A DNA stretch of 52,823 bases from Campylobacter concisus (GCA_963516555.1 CAUQCU010000001.1:1-52823), one strand, 5' to 3'; shown: positions 19,235 to 29,242, numbered from the stretch's first letter. Numbers and translations are program-made. Notes: generated by a model not told the origin, from the letters alone.

Positions 19235-20160
19235 ATCTCTTTATTACGGGCGGTAGCGGTTTTATCGGTTCGCATCTAAAAAAGCGTTTTGCGCTAAATG
19301 TAAATTTTAACGTTTTCGCTCCAAAAAGCAGCGAGCTAAATTTGACTGACGAAAGCGCGGTTGACGATTTTGTCCGTGGGCATAAAATCGATACTATCGT
19401 CCATCTAGCTAATCGTGGCGGCGGTCGTGATACGCTGGATATGACAAATGTGACTGAGTACAATTTGCGGATTTTTTTCAATATTGCTAAGCAAAAAAAT
19501 AAGGTTGCAAAGATCATATCGTTTGGAAGCGGTGCGGAATACGGAAAACACAAGCCGATAATAAATGCTCGCGAGGATTATTATAAAGAGGCGCTTCCGC
19601 TTGATGAATACGGTTTTTACAAAGCTATCACGTCGCATTACATTGAGGATTGTGCGGATAATATTATCCAACTTCGTTTATTTGGAATTTACGGCGAAAT
19701 GGAGAATTACCGCTATAAATTTATCACAAATGCCGTAGTAAAAAACCTACTGCACCTACCCATCACGATCAATCAAAATGTATTTTTTGATTATATGTAT
19801 GTTGAGGATATACTAAACATAGTGGAATTTTATATAGAAAATAATGCACGGCATAAAATTTACAACGCAAGCAGCGGGACAAAAGTAGATCTGCTTAGCC
19901 TGGCTGCGCTAGTAAATGAGGCGAGCGATTTTAAATCCGAAATAATCGCGCTAAATGAAGGGCTGAATAACGAATACACTTCTGACAACAGCCTATTAAA
20001 ATCTGAAATGAAAGATAAATTTAAGCTTACGCCGCATTCGGAAGCGATCGGTAAAATTCATAAATATTTTAAGCGAAATTTTACTAGCCTAGACTTAGAT
20101 ACCATAAAAAAAGACCCATATTTGGGAAAAATCAGTGAAATTTGGAAAGGTAAAAAATGA
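19231..20160 (+). CDS. NAD(P)-dependent NDP-sugar reductase/epimerase (extended SDR)
   Basis: ITGGSGFIG, GSGAEY, YGFYK (YxxxK), LRLFGIYG. Confidence 0.9.
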   Translation: MNLFITGGSGFIGSHLKKRFALNVNFNVFAPKSSELNLTDESAVDDFVRGHKIDTIVHLANRGGGRDTLDMTNVTEYNLRIFFNIAKQKNKVAKIISFGSGAEYGKHKPIINAREDYYKEALPLDEYGFYKAITSHYIEDCADNIIQLRLFGIYGEMENYRYKFITNAVVKNLLHLPITINQNVFFDYMYVEDILNIVEFYIENNARHKIYNASSGTKVDLLSLAALVNEASDFKSEIIALNEGLNNEYTSDNSLLKSEMKDKFKLTPHSEAIGKIHKYFKRNFTSLDLDTIKKDPYLGKISEIWKGKK

Positions 20161-21485
20161 CCCCTCAAGAATTAAAACAAGAAATTTTAGAAAAGACAAA
20201 AGAGTATTATAGGCTGGTTCATGAGCCGGCACATCACGCTAAATTTGAGCCTGGTAAAAGTCGCGTAAATTACGCAGGCAGGGTTTTTGATGAGCATGAA
20301 ATGGTAAATTTAGTAGATAGTTCACTTGATTTTTGGCTCACATATGGCGCATATTCCAAAAAATTTGAAAAAGAATTTGCAAAAATGCTTGGCGTAAAAT
20401 GGGCGTTTTTGGTAAATAGCGGAAGTAGCGCAAATTTGCTTGCATTTTTTGCGCTTACCTCGCCACTTTTAAAAGAACGCCGTATAAAGAAGGGTGACGA
20501 AGTTATAACCGTAGCGGCCGGTTTTCCTACAACGGTTGCACCTATCGTACAATATGGTGCCGTTCCTGTTTTTGTTGATATGGAGCTTGAGTATTTTAAC
20601 ATAGATCATACAAAGCTCGAGCTTGCGCTTAGTCCAAAAACGAAAGCCGTTATGGTAGCTCATACCCTGGGGAACCCTTTTAATATAAAGGCTGTGAAAG
20701 AATTTTGTGATAAGCATGATTTGTGGCTTATCGAGGATAACTGCGACGCGCTCGGCTCGCTGTATGAGGGCAAACCTACCGGTACGTGGGGCGATATAGG
20801 CACGAGCAGTTTTTATCCGCCGCACCATATGACGATGGGCGAGGGTGGCGCTACCTATACGAATAATCCGTTGCTTAAAAAAATTATGCTTAGTATGCGA
20901 GATTGGGGGCGCGACTGCTGGTGCGAAAGCGGGGTGGATAATACTTGTAAAAAGCGTTTTTCACAAAAATTTGGCGAGCTTCCGATAGGCTATGATCACA
21001 AATATGTATATTCTCATTTTGGCTTTAACTTAAAAGTGTCTGATATGCAAGCTGCTGTGGGCTGCGCTCAGATAGAGAAATTTCCTACATTTGTAGCTAG
21101 GCGCAAAGAAAATTTTAAAAGACTATATGATGGGCTAAAAGATATAAAAGATCTTATTTTGGTAACACCTCAACCAAATTCTAACCCAAGTTGGTTTGGT
21201 TTTATGATGACCGTCGCGGATGGAGCGAAATTTAGTAGAAACGATCTTAGCGAGTATTTAGAGAAAGCGGGAATTCAAACCAGAAATCTATTCGCTGGAA
21301 ATATGACGCGACATCCGCTATTTGCAGATCTGCAAGTGGGTAAGGATTATCGCGTCGTAGGCGAGCTTAAAAATACCGATAAGATAATGAACGATAGCTT
21401 TTGGATAGGTGTGTATCCTGGCATGAGTGCTGAAAAGATAAAGTATATTATAGATATAATTGTTGGATTTGTGGTTAGTAAATGA
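20157..21485 (+). CDS. rfbH: CDP-4-keto-6-deoxyglucose 3-dehydratase (E1, DdhC)
   Basis: NSGSSANLLA, FPTTVAP, AHTLGNPF, EDNCDALG, SFYPPHHMTMGEGG (His in place of the PLP Lys), RDWGRDCWC...NTC, YDHKY. Confidence 0.96.
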   Translation: MTPQELKQEILEKTKEYYRLVHEPAHHAKFEPGKSRVNYAGRVFDEHEMVNLVDSSLDFWLTYGAYSKKFEKEFAKMLGVKWAFLVNSGSSANLLAFFALTSPLLKERRIKKGDEVITVAAGFPTTVAPIVQYGAVPVFVDMELEYFNIDHTKLELALSPKTKAVMVAHTLGNPFNIKAVKEFCDKHDLWLIEDNCDALGSLYEGKPTGTWGDIGTSSFYPPHHMTMGEGGATYTNNPLLKKIMLSMRDWGRDCWCESGVDNTCKKRFSQKFGELPIGYDHKYVYSHFGFNLKVSDMQAAVGCAQIEKFPTFVARRKENFKRLYDGLKDIKDLILVTPQPNSNPSWFGFMMTVADGAKFSRNDLSEYLEKAGIQTRNLFAGNMTRHPLFADLQVGKDYRVVGELKNTDKIMNDSFWIGVYPGMSAEKIKYIIDIIVGFVVSK

Positions 21486-21739
21486 GTAAAAATAAAATAG
21501 CTATTTGTATTTTATTGTTTATTATTTTTATTGTTTTAGTGTACAAAGTTTCGTATACTATTTTCATAATTTTTTCAGACCCAAATTATCAAACTTTCCA
21601 ATATAATTATTGGGCATATTATTTTATTAATAAAGATAAATATTTTATTTTTAATTTTTATCTTTTTTATATATTTATGGTTTCAGCCTTTTTTTCAATA
21701 GTTTTATGGGTTAAATGCTATATGGATAATAAAATATGA
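21482..21739 (+). CDS. Small two-TM protein, possibly the detached N-terminus of the next gene
   Basis: Two hydrophobic segments, ATGA overlaps on both sides, very AT-rich. Confidence 0.5.
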   Translation: MSKNKIAICILLFIIFIVLVYKVSYTIFIIFSDPNYQTFQYNYWAYYFINKDKYFIFNFYLFYIFMVSAFFSIVLWVKCYMDNKI

Positions 21740-23796
21740 GAACGTGTTTGTGCCGGCTGAAAAATAAAATAAATCAAAAAAAAGCTATAGTTATTATATC
21801 TGCTTTTGCTATATTATTTCAACTATTATTTTATGTTTACGGTATAGCTACAAATTATAAGTTAGCCAATGAATTTAAATATATAGATGAGGAGACTATT
21901 TTAAAAGATATTAATGTATCCAACCATAAGTATATAAATAATAACCTACTTTTTAACCCTGCTCTAACTTCATATGCGTATAACTCTTTTGATAATATAC
22001 TGTTGCATGATAAAAAAGGAAGTGGCTTTACCTTTTTTAATAATCCAAAATACCTTGTTCTTGATTCATATGAGAAAAAAGGATATTCATACTTATCGGA
22101 GGCATATAAAGAACATATAGCCAATGTACAGTATAATAGAGATTTAAATTTAACTCTAGAAGAAGCTAATTATAAGGATAATAGTTTTTTAAAAAATGAT
22201 AGACAAAAGATGTTTTTGGAGTACCCATTATTTTATGCAGACTCACTCGATGAGCTTAAAAATAAAGTTGATTTTATTTCTTACAATGTATTTGAACAAA
22301 ATATGCAAGTTTTAAGTAGATATTATTGGCATGAAGCCTCTTTTATGTTGCTACCAATAAGCGATATAAAATCATATAGAAATAATTCAGAAATTTTTTC
22401 TCAATATGGCTATTTTAGTTTATATGCTATTGATTATATATCGGAAATATTAGGTGGTTTCAATATAAACAATTTTGAAAAATCAAAAAATATTGTTAAT
22501 TTAGTTTATTTCTTAATCACAATATATTTCATAGTATCACTTTTTGATGATACTACATTTAGGGGCTGTCTAATACTTTTGGCTTGTATCAGGCTTCTTT
22601 CTATACCATATTATGCTTATCACTATGCTCCGGGCGTTATAGATACAAGACATTTTTTTGACTTGATTATCGTTTTGCTATTATACTATGCATCTCGTGT
22701 ACCGAAATCAAGTAAATATTTGTTGTTTTTAGCATCGTTACTCGCAGTTTTATCAATTTTAATGTCTAATGATTTTGGTTTATTTATTTTTGTATCATTG
22801 CTTGGAACGTTTATTGTAAAATATGTGTTGCTGGCTATTTATGAAAAAAGATTATCAATAACTAGATTAGTATTGGTTGTAATTTATGCAATAATAGGAT
22901 TAGTTTCTTATATAAAATATCCACTAATGAAAAATCCTTCCATAAAATATTTTTTAGATGGATTTTATTCATTTAGTATGCCAATGGCTTTATTCTTTTT
23001 TATACTTGCTATTGTCATGATTCAGTGGTTAATGCTAATTTTATTTTTTAATAAATTAAGAGAGCATAAGTATTTAGATAGTTATATTTTTTTATTGTTT
23101 TATACGGAATTTTTATATACTTATTTTATATGGAAATTAGATAATTTATCCATGAATTTATTTATATTTTCATTACCTTTTTTTATTGTATTGGCTGTTG
23201 CAAAAATTAAATACAAACAAGTATTGTATAGTATTATTTTTATATGTTTAATTTTTTATTATATAAAATTACCTTTTGCATATTTTTCTGATATATATAA
23301 TTTTAATTTAATTTTTAATAATCATAAGACTTATGTTTGGAATCATGATAGGGCTGGTGGCATTGTTTCAACATATTCTTTCGAGTTATTTGAAGATTCT
23401 TTAAAACTTATAGATAAATATTCTAGAAGTGATAGTAAAATCTATATGATTTCAAAATATGATAATGTATTGCAATTTTTTTCAAAGAAATATTCCGGAT
23501 TAAAATATTTTGAATTAAAATCTTTTTTGGTATCAGATATAGAATATAAAGAGGTTATTGAATTATTGAATAAAGATGCCGATATATTATATGTGGATAG
23601 CGATATAGATAGAGATTATGAATTAGAAATTGGAAAACGTAATTTTTTTGATATATATGGTAGTTATTGGTATAATGAAAATATAAAACAGAGAATTTCT
23701 AAGCTTAAGACTCTGAGTAGGCTATTTAATGATGTTAAAAATAATTATGTGCTTATCGAAAAAGGTAAATTAATTAATGTATATAAGAAAATATAA
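21736..23796 (+). CDS. Large polytopic membrane protein, probable GT-C (GtrC-like) glycosyltransferase
   Basis: TM1, then a ~200-aa soluble loop, about 10 TMs and a ~160-aa C-terminal soluble domain. Close to gtrA/gtrB-like genes. Confidence 0.55.
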   Translation: MRTCLCRLKNKINQKKAIVIISAFAILFQLLFYVYGIATNYKLANEFKYIDEETILKDINVSNHKYINNNLLFNPALTSYAYNSFDNILLHDKKGSGFTFFNNPKYLVLDSYEKKGYSYLSEAYKEHIANVQYNRDLNLTLEEANYKDNSFLKNDRQKMFLEYPLFYADSLDELKNKVDFISYNVFEQNMQVLSRYYWHEASFMLLPISDIKSYRNNSEIFSQYGYFSLYAIDYISEILGGFNINNFEKSKNIVNLVYFLITIYFIVSLFDDTTFRGCLILLACIRLLSIPYYAYHYAPGVIDTRHFFDLIIVLLLYYASRVPKSSKYLLFLASLLAVLSILMSNDFGLFIFVSLLGTFIVKYVLLAIYEKRLSITRLVLVVIYAIIGLVSYIKYPLMKNPSIKYFLDGFYSFSMPMALFFFILAIVMIQWLMLILFFNKLREHKYLDSYIFLLFYTEFLYTYFIWKLDNLSMNLFIFSLPFFIVLAVAKIKYKQVLYSIIFICLIFYYIKLPFAYFSDIYNFNLIFNNHKTYVWNHDRAGGIVSTYSFELFEDSLKLIDKYSRSDSKIYMISKYDNVLQFFSKKYSGLKYFELKSFLVSDIEYKEVIELLNKDADILYVDSDIDRDYELEIGKRNFFDIYGSYWYNENIKQRISKLKTLSRLFNDVKNNYVLIEKGKLINVYKKI

Positions 23797-25587
23797 TATA
23801 TTCTTTATAGTATTGCTGTTTATTTTAGTAATGTCTCTTTCAGTAGTTATCGCAAGTCAAAGAATTATTAATCAAAATCTTAATATTGCTTTAAGTACTC
23901 TATATCAGTCTACTTCTAATGCAATAAATGGTGAAAATATTTTTTTTAAGACTAATATACAATTCAAATTTGATAGAATAATAAGCAGTTATGAAAATTT
24001 ATTCCAAACAGCAGATTATAATGAAGGATTGCGATTAGAATTTAGTGAAGATAGCGCCTATTTACTTTTTCCAGATGCTAATGGCAAGCTATTTGGTATC
24101 CCTATAAATATTGATACTAGATCAAACTTAAATCGAATATATAGATTACAAATAATTTATATTGATCATAAAGTATATATAAATCTTAATGGAAAAAATA
24201 TTATAAATGATTTTTCTAATGTGTATCCAAAATTTAGTAATATAAAGTTTGGAGGAGGATTTGACGGTAGCAGAGAATTTAAAAATGGAAAGATTTTAAA
24301 TAATGATTTTATTTTAACCAATTTAAATAATTATGATTTCTCTTTTTATCTTATAATACTACTAGTCATATTAATATTAATAAATATTAAATTAATATTA
24401 TCTAGTATAAACAAAAATAATATATTTAATTTATCAAAGAACTACATATATAATAAAAATATTTATAATAAACTGCTTTTATTAAGGACTATAGCATGGG
24501 CTATGGTATTTATAATACATGGATACATTATTTTTTATAATTCTAAGGTAAATGAAAATTTAAGCAAGATATTTATGGGTGATATTGATCTAACCTTTTT
24601 GAAGTACCCATCTGCATGGGGGGGGTATGGATATTTTTTGTTTTATCGGGGTTTCTTATGGGCAAAGCATTTATTACAAAAAGATATTCTTATGGTGATA
24701 GCGGAATTCTATATTTCTATAAAAACCGAATTTTGCAAATATTTCCTATATATTATTTTTGCATATTTATCCTTGCTATTTTCGTACATCCTGAAATTTT
24801 TCGACCAGAAAATATCAAATCGCTTATAAGAGTAGCTACGTTTACAAACGATAGTTTACTAAATATAAATATTGATGGCGCGCTATGGTCTTTGAGTACA
24901 GAAATTCAATTTTATATCCTGGTTCCTTTTTTGGTACAATTTGTCGTATTTCTATCGGACAAGATTGGATTAAATAAGGTATTATTTTTGGTTATTTTGT
25001 TTGGCGTAGTAGAAAGATTTGCCTTGTATAAAATGAATTATAGTGGTGCAGTTGATTTCGAATTTTGGGATAGGTGTATCTATAAGCCTTTGTATTGCAA
25101 TATAGACTTATTTATATTTGGTATATTAGCAAATTTATATATAGATGATATAAGTAGAAAATATAAATTTAAATATATTGGCTTTTTTATAGGAATAATA
25201 CTGGCGCTTTTATTGTTCGTAAATTTCTTTTTTAGCTATTATACTTTTAACAACTATATAGAATTTTATGCGGAGAAATTTATTTATCTTTTACCTACTT
25301 TTACTGCATTAATGACGTTTTTCTTAATTATTCTAATAGAGTATAAAGATATATTATTTGACATTAAAAATAATAAAAGCATATTACATTATTTTGGAAT
25401 TATGACCTTTGTAATTTATGTTTGGCATGAGCCCGTTCTTTTTAAAGTGCATCAAATCATAGATCAGTATCATCTAGGTATAGGTCTTAATTTGCTTATA
25501 GGGCTTTGTTATTGTTTGTTCTTTGGGTTTCTATCATATATCTTCATAGAAAAACCGATGGGTTCGTATAAGAAAAAGGGCGTCTAA
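23777..25587 (+). pseudogene. Acyltransferase-3 (OafA-like) gene with an N-terminal periplasmic domain, frameshifted at a G8 tract (probable phase-OFF contingency gene)
   Basis: ORF 23777..24829 carries the R-x10-H motif (LRTIAWAMVFIIH). ORF 24616..25587 carries GVWIFFVLSGF, LWSLSTEIQFY and IEKP. One extra G fuses them as SAWGGVWIFFVLSG. Confidence 0.88.
24618..24625 (+). repeat. Poly-G (G8) homopolymer tract
   Basis: GCAT-GGGGGGGG-TATGG; the longest G/C run noticed in the window. Confidence 0.95.
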
Positions 25588-25956
25588 ATGCCTATAAAAC
25601 GCCAACTCATATCCTTCCTCCTCGTCGGAATTCTAAACACCGCTTTCGGATACGGGCTGTTTGCTCTTTTTATCTATATCGGTCTATATTATCCTCTCGC
25701 CGTGTTGTTTTCTACGATACTGGGTGTATTATTTAACTTTAAAACTATAGGCAATCTAGTATTCGGTAGTAGCGATAATAGGCTGATTTTTAAATTTGTT
25801 TTGGTATATGTTATAACATATCTCTTAAACATATTTTTCTTATGGCTCTTTAAACGGCTCGGATTTGAGAATATGTATATAAACGGCTTCGTATTGGTTG
25901 TACCGATAGCCATAATTTCGTTTATATTGAATAAATTTTTTGTTTTTAGGAGATGA
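25588..25956 (+). CDS. gtrA: GtrA-family undecaprenyl-phosphate-sugar translocase
   Basis: FLLVGILNT...FNF...VF...SFILNKFFVF, 4 TM, 122 aa. Confidence 0.88.
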   Translation: MPIKRQLISFLLVGILNTAFGYGLFALFIYIGLYYPLAVLFSTILGVLFNFKTIGNLVFGSSDNRLIFKFVLVYVITYLLNIFFLWLFKRLGFENMYINGFVLVVPIAIISFILNKFFVFRR

Positions 25957-25957
25957 T

Positions 25958-26893
25958 ATGAAAAAAATTAGCGTCGTTACTGCGTGTTTTAACGAGGAAG
26001 AAAACGTGAAGGAGGTCTATGCTAGGGTTAAAAAAGCGATGTCGCAATTCCCGCAGTATGCATACGAGCATATTTTTATAGACAACGCTTCTACCGATAG
26101 AACGGTCGAAATTTTAAAAGCTCTTGCAAAAGATGATAAGAATTTAAAGATCATCGTAAATTCTAGAAACTTCGGTCATATCAAATCCCCGACCTATGCG
26201 CTTTTGGGGGCGGAGGGGGATGCCGTGATCTCTATCGTAGCAGATCTGCAAGACCCGCCCGAGATGATACCGGGGCTCATAGAAAAGTGGCAAGAAGGCA
26301 ATGATCTAGTTCTTGCCATCAAGCGCGATAGCGATGAGAAAGGCGTTATGTTTAAGATACGTGAGCTTTACTACGAGCTGCTCTCCAAACTTTCCGAGAT
26401 CGAAATTTTTAAGAATTTCACTGGCTTCGGACTTTTTGATAAAAAGGTAATTACGGCGCTTAGGCGGATGAACGATCCGTATCCGTTTTTTCGCGGAATG
26501 CTTGCGGAAGCGGGCTATAAGGTAGCTAAAATTCCTTACGATCAGCCTATAAGAATTCGCGGAGTTACCAAAAATAATTTATACACGCTTTACGATATGG
26601 GGATTTTGGGCATAATCTGCAATTCCAAAGTCCCTCTTAGGCTTGCGACTTTCATAGGTATGATAACGGGCGTTTTAAGCATAGTGGTGGGACTCGTTTA
26701 TTTCGTGCTAAAACTCATATATTGGGACGAGATGAGCGTGGGCATAGCGCCTCTTATCATACTTTTTTCCTTCGTTTCGTCCGGAATTTTATTTTTCATC
26801 GGTATAATAGGCGAATACGTCGGCGCGATCTATACTCAGGTACTAAATCGTCCGCTGGTCTTTGAGAAAGAAAGAATAAATTTTGACGAATGA
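25958..26893 (+). CDS. gtrB: GtrB-like polyprenol-phosphate glycosyltransferase (GT2)
   Basis: Start revised to ATG 25958 (AGGAG RBS). ISVVTACFNEE, DNASTD, RNFG, ADLQDPP, two C-terminal TMs, GIIGEYVG...RP. Confidence 0.85.
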   Translation: MKKISVVTACFNEEENVKEVYARVKKAMSQFPQYAYEHIFIDNASTDRTVEILKALAKDDKNLKIIVNSRNFGHIKSPTYALLGAEGDAVISIVADLQDPPEMIPGLIEKWQEGNDLVLAIKRDSDEKGVMFKIRELYYELLSKLSEIEIFKNFTGFGLFDKKVITALRRMNDPYPFFRGMLAEAGYKVAKIPYDQPIRIRGVTKNNLYTLYDMGILGIICNSKVPLRLATFIGMITGVLSIVVGLVYFVLKLIYWDEMSVGIAPLIILFSFVSSGILFFIGIIGEYVGAIYTQVLNRPLVFEKERINFDE

Positions 26894-27845
26894 GATACTT
26901 TTAAGCATCGCTATACCTACTTATAATAGGGCGAAATTTTTAGATATAAGCCTAAATAGCCTATGCAAAAGCGTGCGTAAAAGCGTGCGAAACGACGTTG
27001 AAATTTTGATTTTAGATAACGCTTCTACGGATGAGACTCGCGATGTTGTAAAAAAATACGCCGAGCATAAATTTCTAAAATATATAAAAAACGATGAGAA
27101 TATAGGCGCGGATAATAATTTTAAAAAAGCGATCTCGCTATCGCGCGGAAAATATGTGTGGATATTCGGCGACGATGATTTGGTATTTGACGATACGATT
27201 TTGTATTTAGCGCAAATACTGGATGCCCCAACCGCATTCGGCATCGTTCATTTAAAAGCTCAAAATTTTACTGATGAGACTAGTCCTGCGGAATTTCAAG
27301 AATTTAAGAATTTCAAAATTTACGACGGCGCTAAAGCGGAATTTATCCAAGAAGCGCATACTAATTTAACCTTTATAACGTCCAATATCGTAAATAAAAG
27401 CCTATTTGATAAAATTGACCTAAATACGATAGCTAATAACAATCTAGGACAGCTATATTGGAATATAGCGTGCGCAATTTTAACCGATAAGCAAGCGGTC
27501 GTATTTGATAAAATCTATGCGGCGAGGCAGTTTAATAGCGGAAACTATAATTTTTCCGAAGTTTTCGGTATAAATTTAAACGATACGTTAAGTTCGATCG
27601 AGAAAAATTACGATGCGAAATTTATAACCGAAATTTTTAGGAAAAGACTTTTAATATATTATTATCCCGCCAATATTATTCGGATACGCAACGGGCTTTC
27701 GGCGGTTAGAAATGAAAACTGCTTTCGCAATTTATATAAAATTTATAAGAAATATCCGCTATTTTGGATATTTACGGTCAGCGCGATGTGGATCCCGAAA
27801 AAGCTAGGTCTCTTAATGGTTAAATTTATGCAAAAAACGATTTAG
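26883..27845 (+). CDS. GT2 glycosyltransferase, WbaV/RfbV (dideoxyhexosyltransferase)-like
   Basis: LSIAIPTYNRA, DNASTD, NIGADNNF, GKYVWIFGDDD. Confidence 0.85.
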   Translation: MTNEILLSIAIPTYNRAKFLDISLNSLCKSVRKSVRNDVEILILDNASTDETRDVVKKYAEHKFLKYIKNDENIGADNNFKKAISLSRGKYVWIFGDDDLVFDDTILYLAQILDAPTAFGIVHLKAQNFTDETSPAEFQEFKNFKIYDGAKAEFIQEAHTNLTFITSNIVNKSLFDKIDLNTIANNNLGQLYWNIACAILTDKQAVVFDKIYAARQFNSGNYNFSEVFGINLNDTLSSIEKNYDAKFITEIFRKRLLIYYYPANIIRIRNGLSAVRNENCFRNLYKIYKKYPLFWIFTVSAMWIPKKLGLLMVKFMQKTI

Positions 27846-27853
27846 GACGGAAT

Positions 27854-29242
27854 TTGCTATCTAAAATTTCATACATGGCGCTAGCGCAGATATTTTTCGC
27901 TTTTACGTCCGTAGTATCGATTTTAGTGCTGCCTAAATTATTATCTTTAGAAAGTTTCGGATATTATCAGCTGTTTATATTTTTTGCAAATTACGTAGAG
28001 CTTTTGCATTTCGGGCTATCTGATGGCATATATCTAAGATACGGCGGCAGGCGGTTTGAATCGATTTCAAAGCGAACTTTAAAATCTCAAATTTACGCTA
28101 TGGAAATTTTATATGCCCTAGAATGCCTAATTATATTTTTTGCCGTCTATACCTTTTCATTCGATAAAAGACTATTTTTATATATCGCTATTTCGGGCGC
28201 TATTACGGTGCCTAGATCGTTTTTATATAATCTTTTGCAAAGCATAAATGAGATTAAAAAGTCTATCGTAGTTTTACTTATAGAGAGAATTTTTGTTTTA
28301 TCATCCATTGCAATAGTTTATTTCGTAGATTTTGATAAAACTAGGTTTTTGATATTTTCATTTATTTTTGCCAGATTTATATCTTTCGCTTATATTTGTT
28401 TTTTATGCAGAGATGTTTTTAAGGCAAAAACGACCCCCTTCGTAAAAAGCTTATTTTATATATTCAAAAATATGCGAATAGGTATAAAATTAACGATCTC
28501 TACGCTTTGTAATATATTTTTGGTTTTTATCGCAAGATCGATGATCGCATGGAAATTTAGCGTTATAGTATTCGGAAAAATTTCGCTAGTATTGTCGTTA
28601 TTAAATTTCGCTCTATTTTTTATCAACGCATTTTCGGCGATTTTGTTTCCGATTTTGCGGAATAAAAGCGCTAACGAGCAAAATGAAATTTTTAAAATTT
28701 TAGACGACGGACTATCCGTCATATTTATATTTTTATTTCTTTTTGCGTATCCGATGCAGATATTGCTTGCTCTGTGGCTGCCAAAATACGCGGACGCGCT
28801 GCATTATATGCCGATAATTTTTGCTATATTTTTATGCGAAGGAAAGACGCTTTTGCTTACTAATTCATATTTTAAAGCATTGCGAAAAGAGCAGCAGATG
28901 CTTCGCGTAAATTTAATAATTTTGACCCTGTTTCCGATATTTATAATGCTTGCGGTAGTCGTATCAGACGATCTATTTATCATAATGTTTTGTCTATTTT
29001 TATCTCTTTTCTTAAAATACGTTGCGTTAAGTCGCGAGCTAGCTAAATTTATAAACGGCGTAAATTTTTACAATATCGGGACGGATTTTTTTTACAGCGT
29101 TTGCTTCGTTTTTTTATCCCGCGCGGCGGGCGAAGCCTATTCGTTTTGTTTGGCGGCAGCGATGTTTATATTTTTGTTTGCGTTAAAGAGAAAAAATTTG
29201 ATACGATTGTTTAGATTTGCAAATACGGCGGAGTTTAAATGA
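27854..29242 (+). CDS. wzx: Wzx-type oligosaccharide flippase
   Basis: About 12-14 TMs; LPKLLSLESFGYYQLF and LHFGLSDGIYLRYGG. Confidence 0.8.
   Translation: MLSKISYMALAQIFFAFTSVVSILVLPKLLSLESFGYYQLFIFFANYVELLHFGLSDGIYLRYGGRRFESISKRTLKSQIYAMEILYALECLIIFFAVYTFSFDKRLFLYIAISGAITVPRSFLYNLLQSINEIKKSIVVLLIERIFVLSSIAIVYFVDFDKTRFLIFSFIFARFISFAYICFLCRDVFKAKTTPFVKSLFYIFKNMRIGIKLTISTLCNIFLVFIARSMIAWKFSVIVFGKISLVLSLLNFALFFINAFSAILFPILRNKSANEQNEIFKILDDGLSVIFIFLFLFAYPMQILLALWLPKYADALHYMPIIFAIFLCEGKTLLLTNSYFKALRKEQQMLRVNLIILTLFPIFIMLAVVVSDDLFIIMFCLFLSLFLKYVALSRELAKFINGVNFYNIGTDFFYSVCFVFLSRAAGEAYSFCLAAAMFIFLFALKRKNLIRLFRFANTAEFK

Noticed and set aside
26200..26220. G5 runs in gtrB (and G6 in uvrB near 3423) as contingency tracts
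   Set aside because: Too short, and the reading frames are intact.
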